Position numbers and translations under genes: made by a program
The notes under the pieces: generated by a model
Database searches by the model: none
The model's input: the letters and a program-made list of their open reading frames with translations, nothing else
Told to the model about the DNA's origin: nothing
Part shown: positions 37,848 through 51,784 of the stretch, piece after piece
How the letters are laid out: each line of letters begins with the position of its first letter
How positions within the stretch are numbered: position 1 is the stretch's first letter
Source of the DNA: Torpedo marmorata
Lineage: Eukaryota
DNA length: 64,000 nt
Reading direction: 5' to 3'
Assembly (NCBI GenBank): GCA_977017645.1
Contig: OZ360220.1
Location: forward strand, 137,826,001 to 137,890,000

Positions 37848-38092
37848 TAAATGCTAAGCTTGCTCTGATCTCTCACTCTTGCACCGAGAACTGTTCTGAT
37901 CTAATGCTGAGTGTTCTGAGAGAGGACATGATCCAGGAAGAACCCAAAATTGAGACCTTCTGCTTGGAAAGATGGTTGCAAAATGTGTTTGATTCGTAGC
38001 TTTGTTCAAGTGAGGGAGAAGATTATCTTCCTTTTCCCATGACAAGACCAAAATGAAACACAACCATCCTATTTCCCTCTTCTACAAAAATA

Positions 38093-38523
38093 TCAGAATC
38101 AGAAATTATTGTCATGAACAAGTCATGAAATTCAGTGTTTTGTGGCAGCATCATAGTGCAAACATTCATATTATAACCATCTTACGACATTACTATAAAA
38201 AAATATAAATAATAGTGCACGAAAAGTAAGGCATTGTCTTTGGTTCATTGATTATTCAGGAATCTGATGGCAGCGGGGAAGAAGCTGTCCTTGTGCCACT
38301 GAGTGCTCATCTTTAGGCTCCTGTACCTTTTTCCCGATGGTAGCAGAGTGAAGAGGGCAGGGCCTGGGTGGTGGGGGTCTTTGAGGACAGAGGCTGCTTT
38401 TTTAAGACACCGCCTCGTGTAGATGTCCTCGATGGAGTGAAGTCTGGTGCCTGTGATGTCACAGGCCGAGTTAACAACCCTCTGGAGTTTACTCTTGTCC
38501 TGAGAGTTAGCGTCTCCATACCA
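38093..38523 (-). mobile_element. Rex/Babar 3' fragment
   Basis: WYGDAN...LQRVVNSA...KDPHHPG...LLPSGKRYRSLK...SFFPAAIRFLN; (TTCTGA)n tail. Confidence 0.85.
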
Positions 38524-41437
38524 TACATAGCCAATTATTAGTAACACCAAGCAGTATTAACACCCTGAGATTAATGCTTTGAGGTTAAACCCAACATTTA
38601 GTCAAGCAACTACGTTCTAAATGATGGATTATGCAGACTTAGATCATAAAAATTATTACAGGACAAACACTTTCATTTGGCCTCTCTTTGCCCGGACGTA
38701 ACTGGAGTCATTAGAAGAGTTAAAACAAAAGGATCGACATCACCGCAACGTAATTGCGTCAGGCTACATATTATCTATCCAGTGGTCATTTTTGTTCACT
38801 ACACTTCTCTCACGAACATTAAGGTTGCATTGACATCTTCCCACTGAACCAGCAGGAAAATGCGAAACTTGCAAAGAGAATTGTTCGTGGGTGAACAAGA
38901 AATGGCAAGAGGAACACTTGGCCAATTCATATCACATTTATTTTCAACATGGAAAACAATTGAAAGCCAATGTAAATTACTCACATCGAAACAAATGAGA
39001 AAAGTATTGCACTCTTACATGTTAATGTCAGTTGAAGATTAAAAAAGCTCAAACCCATTCCAGACTTTCACTATCTACCTTCCCACTCCCGCCTCAGCCT
39101 TTTAACTTGAAATCTGCCTGCCCAGTAAAACCCCACTGCACTGACATGCTGTGCATAATATGTACATGTACCTTCCCCTATCCAGCAGAAAGAAGATATT
39201 ACTTGTTTTTGTTAACTGAAACTGAAAAGTCTGAAGGCTAATATTTTATTTCCAATGCTAGTCAAGCCCTTCATGCACAGAGTCAAAACCTCTCAGTGTC
39301 TCTGTGTATGCTACTCCGCTACAGCAAAACAAGGTGGTTAAATGCCTCAGGTGTCAATATATCTGCACAGAAAGGTCACAAGCAAGGGTAATAATGAAAG
39401 GAGCCTGCCAATTACTGCCAGACTGGTTTAAAGTGCCTTTCTAAGAAGAGTTTAGCTGTGGGGCCAATTGCAAACTTGCAACAGATTTTCCACGTGACAC
39501 TAATGGGCGTTAGGCTCCACGAGTACACAGGGCCCAGAGTTAGAGCAATTGAAACAGGATTTGAGGTGTTAGCCGCTCACGACAGTTCTGCCACTTGATT
39601 AGATGGTGGCTGCTCGACTTGTTACTCTATTTGCCTGTCTTGTGCTGCCCAATTACTCCCAATTGACCTGCAACCCCAATTTGTTTTTGAGCCTTTCATC
39701 AAGGTACATTTTGCTCATACCTTGATGAAGGCCTCAAGCCCGAAACATTGGTTATGTATCTTTATCTTTGCTATATAAAGGGCCTGCACCATGCTGTGTG
39801 ACTCTCTGACTCTCCGTGGCTATGACACAAAGCTGTGAACTGGTGGCATCACACCGAAGCCAGTGCAGTGTTCTGCTTACACTTTGGGTTACACTTGTAT
39901 CCCCAAGCCACTGTGAGCACAGGCTGATCAGAGAGCCTGTGATCACAGCAAGCAGCTCAAAACTGAACCACAGAAAGAGGCTTCACTCAGCGAAGGGTGC
40001 CCCACGGGGCCATTTTCTGCAGAAAGTGAGGCTGGCCATTGCAGAGTGCAGAATGTCAACATCATGGTGCCAACTCATTATTGCCACCACATTTCTGAAC
40101 CCTGCTCCGCGTAATCGTCCTGTGAATGGTGGGCAAAGATCACAGGTTGCCCCTGGATGCCTGAGTTTCCGTAGGCAGTGAACGAACGGTGCTCTAATCA
40201 GCATGGGAAGCCACTTGGAGACCCAGAGGTGGCAGACGCACTGAAGTGAATCTCACAAAAGGTTGCCCAAGGCCGATCTCCCAGTGGATTCAATTTCTCC
40301 CGGAAGTAATCGCTAGTGCAATCTACCCTGGGTAAGATCACTTTACTGCTCCATTGGCAGATAAAAATAAGGATGCTTAGGCTCTCAGGTACAATGTCCA
40401 TACTATTAGAAAAGATTCTTAATGCAAGTAGTTGATGCGTGTGGAATCTTTAAATAATTGCTTACAGTGATGCAATCATCAGGAAACAGCACTTCACATT
40501 CTGTCTGGTATATTACAGACTTCTGAACTCAACATTAAGTTCAACACTTTCATAGAACATAGAAATCTACAGCACAGTACAGGCCCTTCAGCCCGCAGTG
40601 TTGTGCCGACCTAATAACCTACTCTAACTGCCTAGAATTTTCCTTCTGCATAATCCTCCATTTTTCTCAGTTCCACGTACCTATCTAATAGTCTCTTAAA
40701 ATATCCAACTTTCACCTCATGGATGTTTCCAGCATTTTCTGTTTTTGTTCCAGATTTCATTTATTGATCTCAGATGATGATTAGACAATTTACCTCTTCC
40801 CCAAATCCAGTTTGGATGCTTCAGTTCTCCCCCCACCATCCTCAATCACCTTGCAGAGCAATCAGTGGTTACGATGTAACTTTCCAGCCTCTCCACCGCA
40901 TCATAGACTTCCCTCGTGGTCTCTCCCTCCTAATGCAGCACCTTCACTCACTTACTCATAATCTTACCTCCAACTTTTCCCAGTTCATCGACCTCAAACA
41001 TTAACTCTACTTCTCTTTGCACAGATGCTGCCTGCCCTGTTGAATAGTTCCAGTGCTGTATTTTTTTTATTCAGAGTTCAATATCATCAGTGTTTTGCTT
41101 TGGTATTGTTGAAGATTTTAACCGATTTATCTAATGAAAAGAAACTACACAATTAGCTGGAGAGCCACCTAATAAAATATTCATGACATAACCATGAGAA
41201 ATTATCAGAAGGGAATTGGGGATGAAGGAGGAGTTTGAAGGGAAAATATGTTGCATTTAATTCCATTAGCTTGTTGAAAAATGAAGGGAGGAAAACTACA
41301 ATATGAACAAGAACTCTTCTACTTGCCTTCAAGGGCAATAATTTTAACTGTCATCAGCCAGAAGCTAGCTTGAATGGTGAAGAACGCTCTCAGCATTGAG
41401 CTTATGCAAGCTGAGATTAGGGCTCCATACTTTAGAT

Positions 41438-41662
41438 CAGCCATTCTGAACCTTTTTTTGGCTGTGGCCTCCTTAGGACTCTTCTCAAAGTTTGTGCACC
41501 CCTTCCCAGTGAAGCAGTCCAAGTTTAGTTGGTTTCTTTTGTAATTCTCTCCAAGCGGCTACATAAAGTACATAAAAAATATTTTATGATTTCAGTCCGT
41601 GGCCCCCCTTAAATGTGCTGTGACTTCCAGGGAGGCAGTAGGGCCCCCGTTGAGAATGGCTG
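41438..41662. mobile_element. hAT-Charlie-like MITE
   Basis: TIRs CAGCCATTCTGAAC / GTTGAGAATGGCTG; TSD CTTTAGAT / CTTTAAAT. Confidence 0.82.
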
Positions 41663-41868
41663 CTTTAAATAATGACTTGAATGGGGGTCACGTGATGCAG
41701 AGGAGCTAGGAAGACGTGATCACTTGGGCTCCCTGCTGAAAATTGATTTAAAGTGATTAAAAACACCAATCTTCTGGATTCAAGGCAAAAAAAAGGCACA
41801 AGAATGGGGAAGAAGAATAAAGCCCAACTTGTGGCCACGGGAGGATCTCCCAAATCGATCGATGCGTC

Positions 41869-42094
41869 TGTGGTAAACCACTTTCTATAGGTTGTGGCTG
41901 GGTGATATGTCTGGACATGCCCTCTGCTGACTGACCCGGTGGCTCCTCCCACAGACCCCCTGAATAAAGGCGATTGTGCCACCACTCCTCCCCCAGTCCG
42001 GGACAGATTACCAGCATGGATGTGACTCCATTCTTTTGCTAATAAAAGCCTTTCAGTTCAAGTACCACTTTTGAAGTTATTGATGGGCTCATCA
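41869..42094 (+). repeat. Gypsy 5' LTR
   Basis: Direct repeat of 46017-46251 with about 10 substitutions and 2 indels by eye. Confidence 0.93.
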
Positions 42095-42116
42095 ATTTTT
42101 TAGCAAAATTTTAAGC

Positions 42117-45100
42117 ATGGAAAATGTCTTGAGACCTGACAAGCTGGACCTCGATCCACAAACACCAGAGGCCGGCAACACTTTCGAAATCTGGCTAGCC
42201 TGCTTTGAGTCGTTCCTGTAGGAAATCAAGGTGCACGAAAACGCTTCAAAACACAAAGTCCTCCTCTCTAGGGTCAGCCCACGAGACTATTTGATGATCC
42301 GAGACCTGCAGACCTACGAAGACGTGATGAACGCTCTTAAAAGACTATATATACGGCAAGTTAATAAGGTATACACACACCGGTTAGCGATGCAGCAACA
42401 GCGGCCCAGTGAGTCGAGCGTGGAGTTCGTCCGGGCCCTACAGACTCTTGTGCGGGCCTACGATTGCCAGGGACTGACGCCCGGAGAATACGCGGAGATC
42501 CTGGTAAGAGACGCTTTCGTCACTGGGACCAGGTCGGTGTATGTGCGCCAGCGCCAGCTGGAGCAAGCCGACCTCACCTTACGCTCCGCGATAGAGCTGG
42601 CAGACACGCTGAAAGCCGCGTTGCAGAACTCCGATGCTATCCAGGCGCGCAATCTCCCGCCGGCTCCGTGGATACCGCAGATCCTGCACCACACCAGCGA
42701 ATCGACCACAGCTGCCGTCAGTTGCAATACCGAGAAGTGCTACTTCTGCGTACTCAAAAAGCACCCCTGGAAACGTTGCCCGGCCCGAGAAGTGACCTGT
42801 TCCAGCTGCGGGAAGAAAGGCCATTTCGCCAAGGTCTGTAAGTCAAAACCGCGAGCAGGATCGAGCAGCGCTGCGAGCGAGGCATTGGAGTCGCCATTGT
42901 TGCCGTCGCCATCTTGCCCGTCCGCTGCCACCATGTGCGAGACATGGGGGCGTCCATCTTGTTTGTCGTCACTTCCATCACCGTCATCTTACATACCCGC
43001 TGCAGCCAACACGTGCGAGTCATGGGAGCAGCCATTTTGTTCACCACTATCGCGCCGACACGACCCACAAGTGCTGCCATCCCGGAACACCCGGCACTCC
43101 ATCGCGTCGGATCAAGACAGCGACTCAACTTTGGCATCCGTTACACTCGACCAAAGTGCACCCCACCAACTAGCGAGGTCTATGATGGACATTTTGGTGG
43201 AGGTTCCCAGGACAAGCTGCCTGTTCGACACGGGCAGCAAAGAGAGCTTCATCCACCCAGACACGGTGCAGCGCTGCGGCCTCACGACACAGCCGGTAAG
43301 CCAGAAGGTCATCATGGCTTTCGGGTCACACACAACAGACATCCGGGGGGGTTGTGTAGCGACGCTAGTGGTGCAGGACACTGAATATCGGGACTTTACA
43401 CTATTGGTCATGCCCCGACTATGTGCCCCTGTACTACTGGGGCTCGACTTCCAGAGTCACCTTCAAAGTGTGACAATGGAATATGACGGGCCCCTCCCAC
43501 CAATCACTGTCGGTAACCATCAATTCCCCAAACATGGTAGACGTATCCCGCCACACCACACGCGCAGCCGCACCACCCTCAAGATCCCTCCCCCAACGCT
43601 GTTCGCCAATCTGACCCCTGACTATAAACCTGTGGCAACCAAAAGCAGGAGATACAGCGCAGGGGACAGGGCATTCATTAAGTCGGAGGTGCAGCAGTTG
43701 CTTAGGGAAGGGATCATTGAGGCGAGCACAAGTCCCTGGAGGGCCCAGGTGGTTGTCGTCAAGAATGGGGAGAAAAATAGGATGGTGGCAGATTATAGTC
43801 AGACCGTCAATAGGTTCACACAGCTCGACGCGTACCCTCTACCATACATTGCAGATATGGAGAATCAGATAGCTCAGTACAAGATATACTCCACCATAGA
43901 TCTCAAATCTGCCTACCATCAGCTCCCATCCGCCGGGAGGACCGCCCTTACACCGCCTTCAAGGCGGATGGCAGGCTCTATCACTTCCTGCGCGTCCCCT
44001 TCGGGGTCACAAATGGGGTATCCGTCTTCCAGAGGGAGATGGAGAGGATGGTGGACCAGTGCCAATTAAAGGCCACGTTCCCATACCTGGACAATATTAC
44101 TATCTGTGGTCACGACCGGCAGGACCATGATAACAATCTTCGGAAGTTCCTCCAGGTGGCCAAAACATTTAATCTCACCTATAACAAGAATAAGTGCGTG
44201 TTCGGAACCACCCGACTTGCTATCCTGGGGTGCGTTGTGGAGAACAAAGTCATCGGCTCCGACCCCGACCGCATGCGCCCCCTGCTAGAACTACCGCTTC
44301 CCCACACCCTCAGAGCCCTCAAAAGGTGCTTGGGCTTCTTCTCATATTATGCACAATGGGTCCCTAATTATGCGGACAAGGCCCACCCCCTAGTCAAGTC
44401 CACCACTTTCCCCCTCTCAGCTGAGCCAAGCGCGGCCTTCAGCCTCATCAAAGGGGACATTGCCAGAGCAGCAATGCATGCAGTGGACGAGTCCACTCCC
44501 TTCCAAGTAGAGAGCGACGCGTCCGACTTCGCACTGGCTGCTACCCTCAACCAGGCGGGAAGACTGGTGGCGTTTTTCTCCCGTACCCTTCAAGGCCCAG
44601 AAATTTGGCCTAGTGGAAGCTATCAGGCACTGGAGGCACTATCTTGCCGGAAAAAGGTTTACCCTTCTGACTGACCAGCGCTCAGTCGCATTTATGTTCA
44701 GCAACCAGCAGCGGGGTAAAATCAAAAACGATAAAATCCTGAGGTGGAGAATCGAACTCTCCACCTACAACTATGACATCATGTATCGGCCCAGGAAGCT
44801 CAACGAGCCCTCCGATGCCCTATCCCGGGGGACGTGCGCCAGCGCACAGATCGACCGGTTATATGCCCTTCACTCAGACCTCTGCCACCCCGGAGTCACC
44901 CGGCTTTTCCACTTTGTGAAAGCCTGAAACCTGCCGTACTCCCTTGAAGAGGTCAGGACGATGACCGGGAACTGCCAAGTCTGCGCGGAGTGAAAACCGC
45001 ACTTCTACTGACCTGACAAGGCACAATTGATAAAAGCAACCCGCCCATTTGAGCGACTGAGCGTCGACTTTAAGGGCCCCCTCCCCTCCACCGACCACAA

Positions 45101-45884
45101 TTTGTACTTTCTCAACGTCATTGACGAGTACTCGCGGTTCCCTTTCGCCATTCCCTGCCCCGATACCATGACCACCTCGGTCATAAAAGCCCTCCGCAAA
45201 CTCTTTACATTGTTTGGATACCCCTGCTATATCCATAGTGACCGAGGGTCCTCGATTATGAGTGACGAGCTGCGCCAATACCTGCTGGCCAGGGGTTTCA
45301 CGACTAGCAGGACCACGAGCTATAACCCCCGGGGGAATGGACAAGTGGAGAGGGAGAACGCCACGGTCTGGAAGGCCACACTCTTAGCCCTCAGGTCTAA
45401 GGGATTACCAGTCTCCCGCTGGCAAGAAGTCCTTCCCGAGGCACTCCACTCCATCCGATCCCTGCTATGCACATCCACCAATGCCACACCACCTGAGAGA
45501 CTCTTTTCCTTCCCCAGGAGGTCGGCCACTGAGACTACCCTACCAGCATGGCTGACGTCCTCAGGGCCAGTGCTGCTCCGGAAACATTTCAGGAGCAATA
45601 AATACGCCTACATGGTTTTTCCTGATGGGCGGGAAGACACGGTCTCCATCTGGGACTTGGCGCCCGCAGGAGCACTGGTGCCCGCCCCCGAATACTCCAT
45701 GGTCACTGTCACCCCCGCACCGACCATTAGAGACACACAGGAGACACCACCCAATTCAAAACAGACACTAAACGAGACCCCCGTACCGGCCGCGGCATAC
45801 ACACACGAGGTTTTGCTGACGCCAGACGTGCTGGTACCTCCAATCAGGCAGGAGGCAGCACCGCCGCCTGCCCCATCACCATAA
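42117..45884 (+). pseudogene. Gypsy gag-pol pseudo-ORF
   Basis: ATG at 42117, in-frame TAG at 42219, frameshifts near 43930 and 44605, stops near 44925-45010, RT catalytic motif reads YLDN. Confidence 0.88.
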
Positions 45885-46016
45885 GTACTGCGCCGATCAC
45901 AGCGGCGGACTCGACCGCCTGATCGACTCGACCTGTAAATATACTAATTTGTAATTTCTTTTGTAAATATTATTATACCCTTCACCCCGTGGGACTCTTT
46001 TAAAAGGTGGGGTGAA

Positions 46017-46251
46017 TGTGGTAAACCACTATGTATAGGTTGTGGGCTGGGTGATATGTCTGGACATGCCCTCTGCTGACTGTCCTGGTGACTCCTCCCA
46101 CAGACCCCCTGAATAAAGGCGATTGTGCCACCACTCCTCCCCCAGTCCGGGACAGACAACCAGCATGGATGTGACTCCATTCTTTTGCTAATAAAAGCCT
46201 TTCAGTTCTGGTACAACTTTTAGTCTTTTGAAGTTATTGATGGGCTCATCA
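46017..46251 (+). repeat. Gypsy 3' LTR
   Basis: Follows the PPT; TG...CA ends. Confidence 0.93.
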
Positions 46252-46991
46252 CCCTCACAATGCAAATTCCCAATATCACCCTAACTTTCTACACAGTCTT
46301 TCCCAGCCAAAGTTGTCTCTCAAAGTAAAGCGAGAAAAATTGGCTTGACCCAGTGCACTCTCTCAAGCATCCAAGCCACCAGACATAAAATAATGTTGGA
46401 ACTTGAAAAATATTCTTTCTTTTCTTCCATTATAATAAGGTACATGAAGATGAAGGTGTCAGGTCAGTGTGGGGGGGGGGGCGGAGGTGGGGAGTGGAAA
46501 TGGCCTTCAGAAACTTGGCTGAACATTAACAACATTCCATTAGCAAGGGGCATTAGCATGGGATGTCAAAGATCAGTACTTGGCACAATTACACGGGCTC
46601 CCTCTATCATAACCCTGACAGTCCCTGTTCATTCCAATCAATTAGTTTTAGTACAAAAATTCAACAAACATCAGATGAGACAGAAAGAATGAACTGGGAA
46701 ACTAAACATTTTTTGAACAATTAACTTCTATGAATGTTCTGAAATTAAAGGGTTTTAAATCAATCTCATGACTTGTCCACTTAACTCCAGATTACTCACA
46801 TATCCCAAAGACAACCCAGGCTCCAACGCAACAGCTGACAATCTTTTGAGTAGCAAACTGAAATCGGAAGCTCATGCTCTACATGTATCTTAGTCAGCAT
46901 TGCCTTAGAATGAAAAAGGCATCAGTTTAATTTTGAGTTAAATAAATTAATGTAGCAAAGGCAGGGTTCAAAGAAAGGGTTTGACCTTTAC

Positions 46992-47130
46992 CTTTTCAGT
47001 ACACTTTCTGATGGTGCCAGTGAGTTCGCTCACCACCATATCTACGCACTTCAAACATGGCTCCTTCAGCTTTTGGATCTGTTTTTTCACTATAGCCTCA
47101 AAAGCAAGGTCAGGGGTGAAGAGCCCAGTT
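46992..47130 (-). CDS. DNM1: DNM1 mutually exclusive exon 10b ([46 protein letters not shown])
   Basis: tgcag|AACTGG ... GAAAAG|gtaaag; 139 nt; paralogous to 10a; not in the ORF track. Confidence 0.95.
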
Positions 47131-47959
47131 CTGCATTGCATCATGGGAGGAAAATGACAACAAGGGGTGAGGGCGAGGAAAGAAGGTGGGGAGTAGCAGG
47201 GTATGGGTATGAAAACATGGGGAGGACATAAAGCAAAAGGAAGAGTAAGACCTTGGTTACCTTTAAGGTTTTCAAACTATGGAGGGGGGTGAGGATGGGG
47301 TGGTGTGGGGACAGGGGGTGGGGGGGAGAGAGCGCAAGTTCCAGCTGACAAACAAGTATTTAATACACTGACTATTGAAAGGACAGCAAAATTGGGCTCT
47401 TTAAAGTGTCTACAGGGTGCAAAACAGTTTCAGGTGCAAAATTAGAAGCCAGGCGATGGACTCATTGTCTCACAGGGCATGTTTCTCACTACTGCAAAAA
47501 ATAGTTTGCTTTGGAGTTTGGCATGTGAGCAGAGCAGTGCAAGAACCAACTGGAGGGTTTTTGCTGCAAGAAGGCACGGCTCGATGTTTATAATGTAAAC
47601 CCAGTCCAGTGGCAACTGTCCCCACATCAGTTCTGAATGGCTGATAGGGAGCAACTCTTGCAGTCAGTGCCACAGGTATATCCAAGGTATATGAATTGCT
47701 CACAGTGCTCACTTGGCCTTCTTTGCTTACTCTCTTCCTTATATTAGGATGAAAGCAGTTTTCCTTTGATGATGTAAATGGTAATTCTCCCATCTGGATT
47801 GGAACTGACAGGTCAGCAGGATGACGGTGGCATCAGAGTAAACTGAAGTCAATAGCACCCAAGGCCTCCATTATATCTCTTCTTTGGAATTTGCACCCTA
47901 AACCTCACTCTCCTTCAAGAGATTGACTCCTGGGTTGAAAGGGTTTTCCGAGGTTGAGG

Positions 47960-48320
47960 GGATTGAGTTTAGAAGAATGAGAGGGACTGACAGGGCGGAT
48001 GTTGAGAGGAAGTTTCCATTCTTGATGCTATCTAGAAGTAGGAGGCATAGTCTCAGAATAAGGTATTGCCAATTTATGACAATTTAAGAAGATGAGGAAG
48101 AATTTTTTTCTCTCAGAGGGATGTGACTTTTTGGAATTCTCTCTCCCAGAGAGCTCTGAAGGCAGAGTCTCTTAATATATTCATTATTTGGTCTGTAGGA
48201 GAGTGAAGGATAATTGGGGAGGGGCAGGAATGTGAAGCTGAAACCAAGATTAGATCAACCGTGATGTTCCTATCAGTGAAGCAGATTGCATGGCCAACTC
48301 TGGCTCCTATTTCTTAGGTT
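47960..48320 (+). mobile_element. old CR1 3' fragment
   Basis: GAGTTTAGAAGAATGAGAGG...TTCTCTCAGAGGG and CR1 3' UTR remnants. Confidence 0.6.
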
Positions 48321-48749
48321 CTTGCTAAAACCTAGCTTGAACCCGGCTTTTGGTTATCTAACCCAAACTGCAGCTGTTCACTCAGTCTTGCATCAGATCT
48401 TGTTTGACAATGTTCCTGCAAATCTTTGTGGTAAAATATGTCAAAATGCTGTACAAATACAGGTTGTTGCTGTGTAATTTCCAGCCCATGAAACGGTCTC
48501 TCAGGACCCTCAAACTATATGATTCCCTATCTTTCAGCTTTCCCCTTTCTCTAACAACAAGATTGATGTTTTACAAAATAGAAAGGTGATTTCATAAAGC
48601 ATCCACAATTATAACAGGGCATGGAAGAAAAGATGCAGAGGGACCTACCCCCAGCTGGAGCGACATATGGGAGACTGGAATTGATGCAGCACCGTGGTAC
48701 AGCTGATGGAACCACTGCCTCACAGCACCAGAGATCCAGCATCAATTTG

Positions 48750-49263
48750 AGTTTGATTCAGATTTATTGTCAGAGTACATACATGACATCACATACAACC
48801 CTAAGATTCTTTTTTCCTGCGGGCGAGGCAGAATTAGCACTTATTGATAGTGCAAAATAAAACTGTACACAATGTACACATGTAAACAAATAAAAAATGT
48901 AAACAACTGACTGTGCAATACAGAGAGGAAAAAAACCAAACAATAAAGTACAAAAGTAGGAGTCCTTAAATGAGTCCCTGATTGAGTTTGTTGTTGAGGA
49001 GTCTGATGGTGGAGGGGTAGCAGCTGTTCCTGAACCTGGTGGTGCGAGTCTTGTGGCATCTAAACCTCTTTCCTGATGGTAGCAGCGAGAACAGAGCGTG
49101 TGCTGGGTGATGTGGATTCTTGATGATTGCTACTGCTCTCCGATGGCAGCATTCCCCATGGATGTTCTCGCTGGTGGGGAGGGTTTTGCCTGTGATGTCC
49201 TGGGCTGTGTCCACTACCTTTTGCAGGGCTTTGCACTTGGGGGTATTGGTGTCTCCATACCAG
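48750..49263 (-). mobile_element. Rex/Babar 3' fragment nested in an old SINE (about 48690-49490)
   Basis: Reverse complement of about 4067-4545; SINE head on the left, SINE core and tail on the right. Confidence 0.85.
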
Positions 49264-51784
49264 TTTGCACATTTTCCCTGTGACCATATGGGTTCCCGCA
49301 GACACCACCCACATCCCAAAGATATGCGAGTTGGTAGATTGTCCCTGTATTGCACTACCAATATGCGAGAGGTAGAATCTACAAATAATTGATCAGAAAA
49401 AAATGGAATTAAATTAGGATTCGTGTAAATGGGTCGTTGATGGATGACGGAAGGCCAAAAGGCCTGTTTCTGTGCTGTACGACTCTATAAGTTCATGACT
49501 TAATGATGCATGAGCTTAATGAACAGTTAAGCAAATTTGTGGACCATCCTCACTCTTTGGTTATTAATCCAAAGGCATCTACACTCCTGGCCTCCCACTC
49601 CACATTTTGAGAAACATCCACTTCTCAAACTCTGATTCTGCCCTGCTTGAAGCTGCAACATAGATCCCTTGATTCACTTGGGCTCAACAATGTTTTGTAT
49701 TTGAGTAAACAACTCACATAAGCCCCTGGATCCACCCAAAATATTCAAAGGGGAAGACGGAAGTAGACGGCAATATTGGTGTTGCGAATGGTGACGGGGT
49801 GACAGAGGAACTAACAGGCTAAAATCATTTCAAAATGAACCAGAGCAATGATGGGGAATAACAAATTAAGAAAAGGGGTGGTGAAGCAGATTAAACAATA
49901 ACTTTCAAAATGCTTTTGGAATGTAAGAATTTTCAGGGTTCAGGGAATGAGCATGACATTGATATTGGTTCCAGTTAGATAAATGAAGAAGGTGATATCA
50001 AATTGTCTTGCTTCATACTCCAAACAGTAGGTTAAGGGATACAAAAGAAGAAAAACCATTGGACATCTGCTGCACTGTCAGTTCTGTCATTCTTTAGTTT
50101 CAAAAGTCAACCCTTTACTCCATACTATTTTAGCCAGAACTCATTTCATGCATAATGTATCAACAGTGCAAAGTCAATGCTTCTCAAGGAGGAGAGTCTC
50201 TCTGTGTCCATGGTTCTCCTGCGTAATCGAATATTACCTGAATTCAACTCACACAGAGCCTCGGGGATTAGGTTAGAGAAGGATGGCTTGGTAGAGATGG
50301 GGGCGCGGGGGGAGGGGTGATTGGTTTGAAAATATGGACCTGTTGGTGAGGACCTGCACTACTGTACACACACCATAATTCCAGTTGGAGGACCGTGGGA
50401 ATTGTTGAATTGCGTTGCCAAAACCATTCTAACGAGCAAATTGATATAGATCAATTACACAAACCATGCCAGAGTTCTCCAAGAGTTTGGGATAAAGCTG
50501 ACCATTAAATACTTGTTTGTCCAGTGCTGACGTTCATCTCCCCTCGCAAATACCAGGAAACCACCACACTTACAAGGGGAAGTGATGTGCTATCTTAAGC
50601 CCAAAGTTAGCATCAGCTGAAAACAAGGTTCAATTTAGGGATTCTTGAAATAAGCTTCTGCTTCAATAATTTAACAATAATTGAACCTGGAAATCTGAAA
50701 GAATTGAAGCAGCTGATGCCTCCTCTCTGCTGCCCAGCCATTTTCTCCCACATGATTTGTGCCTCGTGATGTGCAAGGCATTCACTCCAAAAATTTTTAG
50801 CAACGATCAGATCTCAAGTCGGTTCCACTGTCCAGGGACTAGACCTTCCAGAGTTAGCCGTTTCCAATTTGAGACCTACTTTAGACTTCTGATTTCCCCA
50901 CTTTGTTCCTGTGCCCTAATGGTGTCACATCATGGAAGTCATGCCATGCCATGTCATTTCCAGCTGATACAATGGGGCAGAAACAGCTGTTTCGAGGTGC
51001 TTGGGCTTAGTGTGCTGTAACATGGCAAACTGGCCTCACTTGAGGTAAACAAACAGAGACACAACTCAGTCCCCTGAAGTGAACAAAGTTTTCTTAAGAT
51101 GTGTTTGAAAACATGGATTTGCACTTATCAATGAGATGAACTTCTGACTTCTTATCCCTCTTTCAATTTTCCGCCTGCAACAATCCTTAGGAACTCTACT
51201 TCAATACTGAAGACCCAGATTTGCTTGGTTCCACCACTGATGGGTACCCTTCTCACTGCCTCAGCACCCATCTCAGGAAACCCTACCCGAAGCCTCTCCT
51301 TCCCATCCTTGTAACATCCCTCTCAAATAAAAACTGTCCAAATCTCCTCCCTTGGCTCTCTGCCAATTTTTGTGAATCCATATTTCCCAAAAGCAGTTTG
51401 GAAAGTCTCATTTGGTCAAAGATGCTAAAAAAATAAGATATTATTGTTAAAGAATGCAGTTAAGGGGACAAGTTAAGAAAGCACTGTTCTTACAAAACTG
51501 CATCTGATGGTAATTTTCAGCTCCATTTTAAAGCAGTTAATATTAATGTAAAACTTTATGTTAAAATGTCTGCTTACCAGTTATATTTTCACCTGAAAAC
51601 TGATATGAGTATTAACTATGGCAGCTGTGCTGTGTGTGAACATGCAGGGCAAATTATAGCTTGTGCCTGCAGCCAGGTTACTGCTGCTTGCTAAGCCCAA
51701 ACACCCAAACCATCCCAAAGGCAAGTCTCTGAAGATCGAAGAGCAGGCAGCAGGTTTTCAGGACTCCATGACATAGCGAATTAC

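Larger units (their letters stand above)
41869..46251 (+). mobile_element. full-length degenerate Ty3/Gypsy LTR retrotransposon (Mag-like gag)
   Basis: TG...CA LTRs at 41869-42094 and 46017-46251; PPT AAAAGGTGGGGTGAA at 46002-46016; gag-pol order: two CCHC knuckles, protease DTG, RT, RNase H (ESDAS), integrase (VDFKG/HSDRG/GQVERE). Confidence 0.95.
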
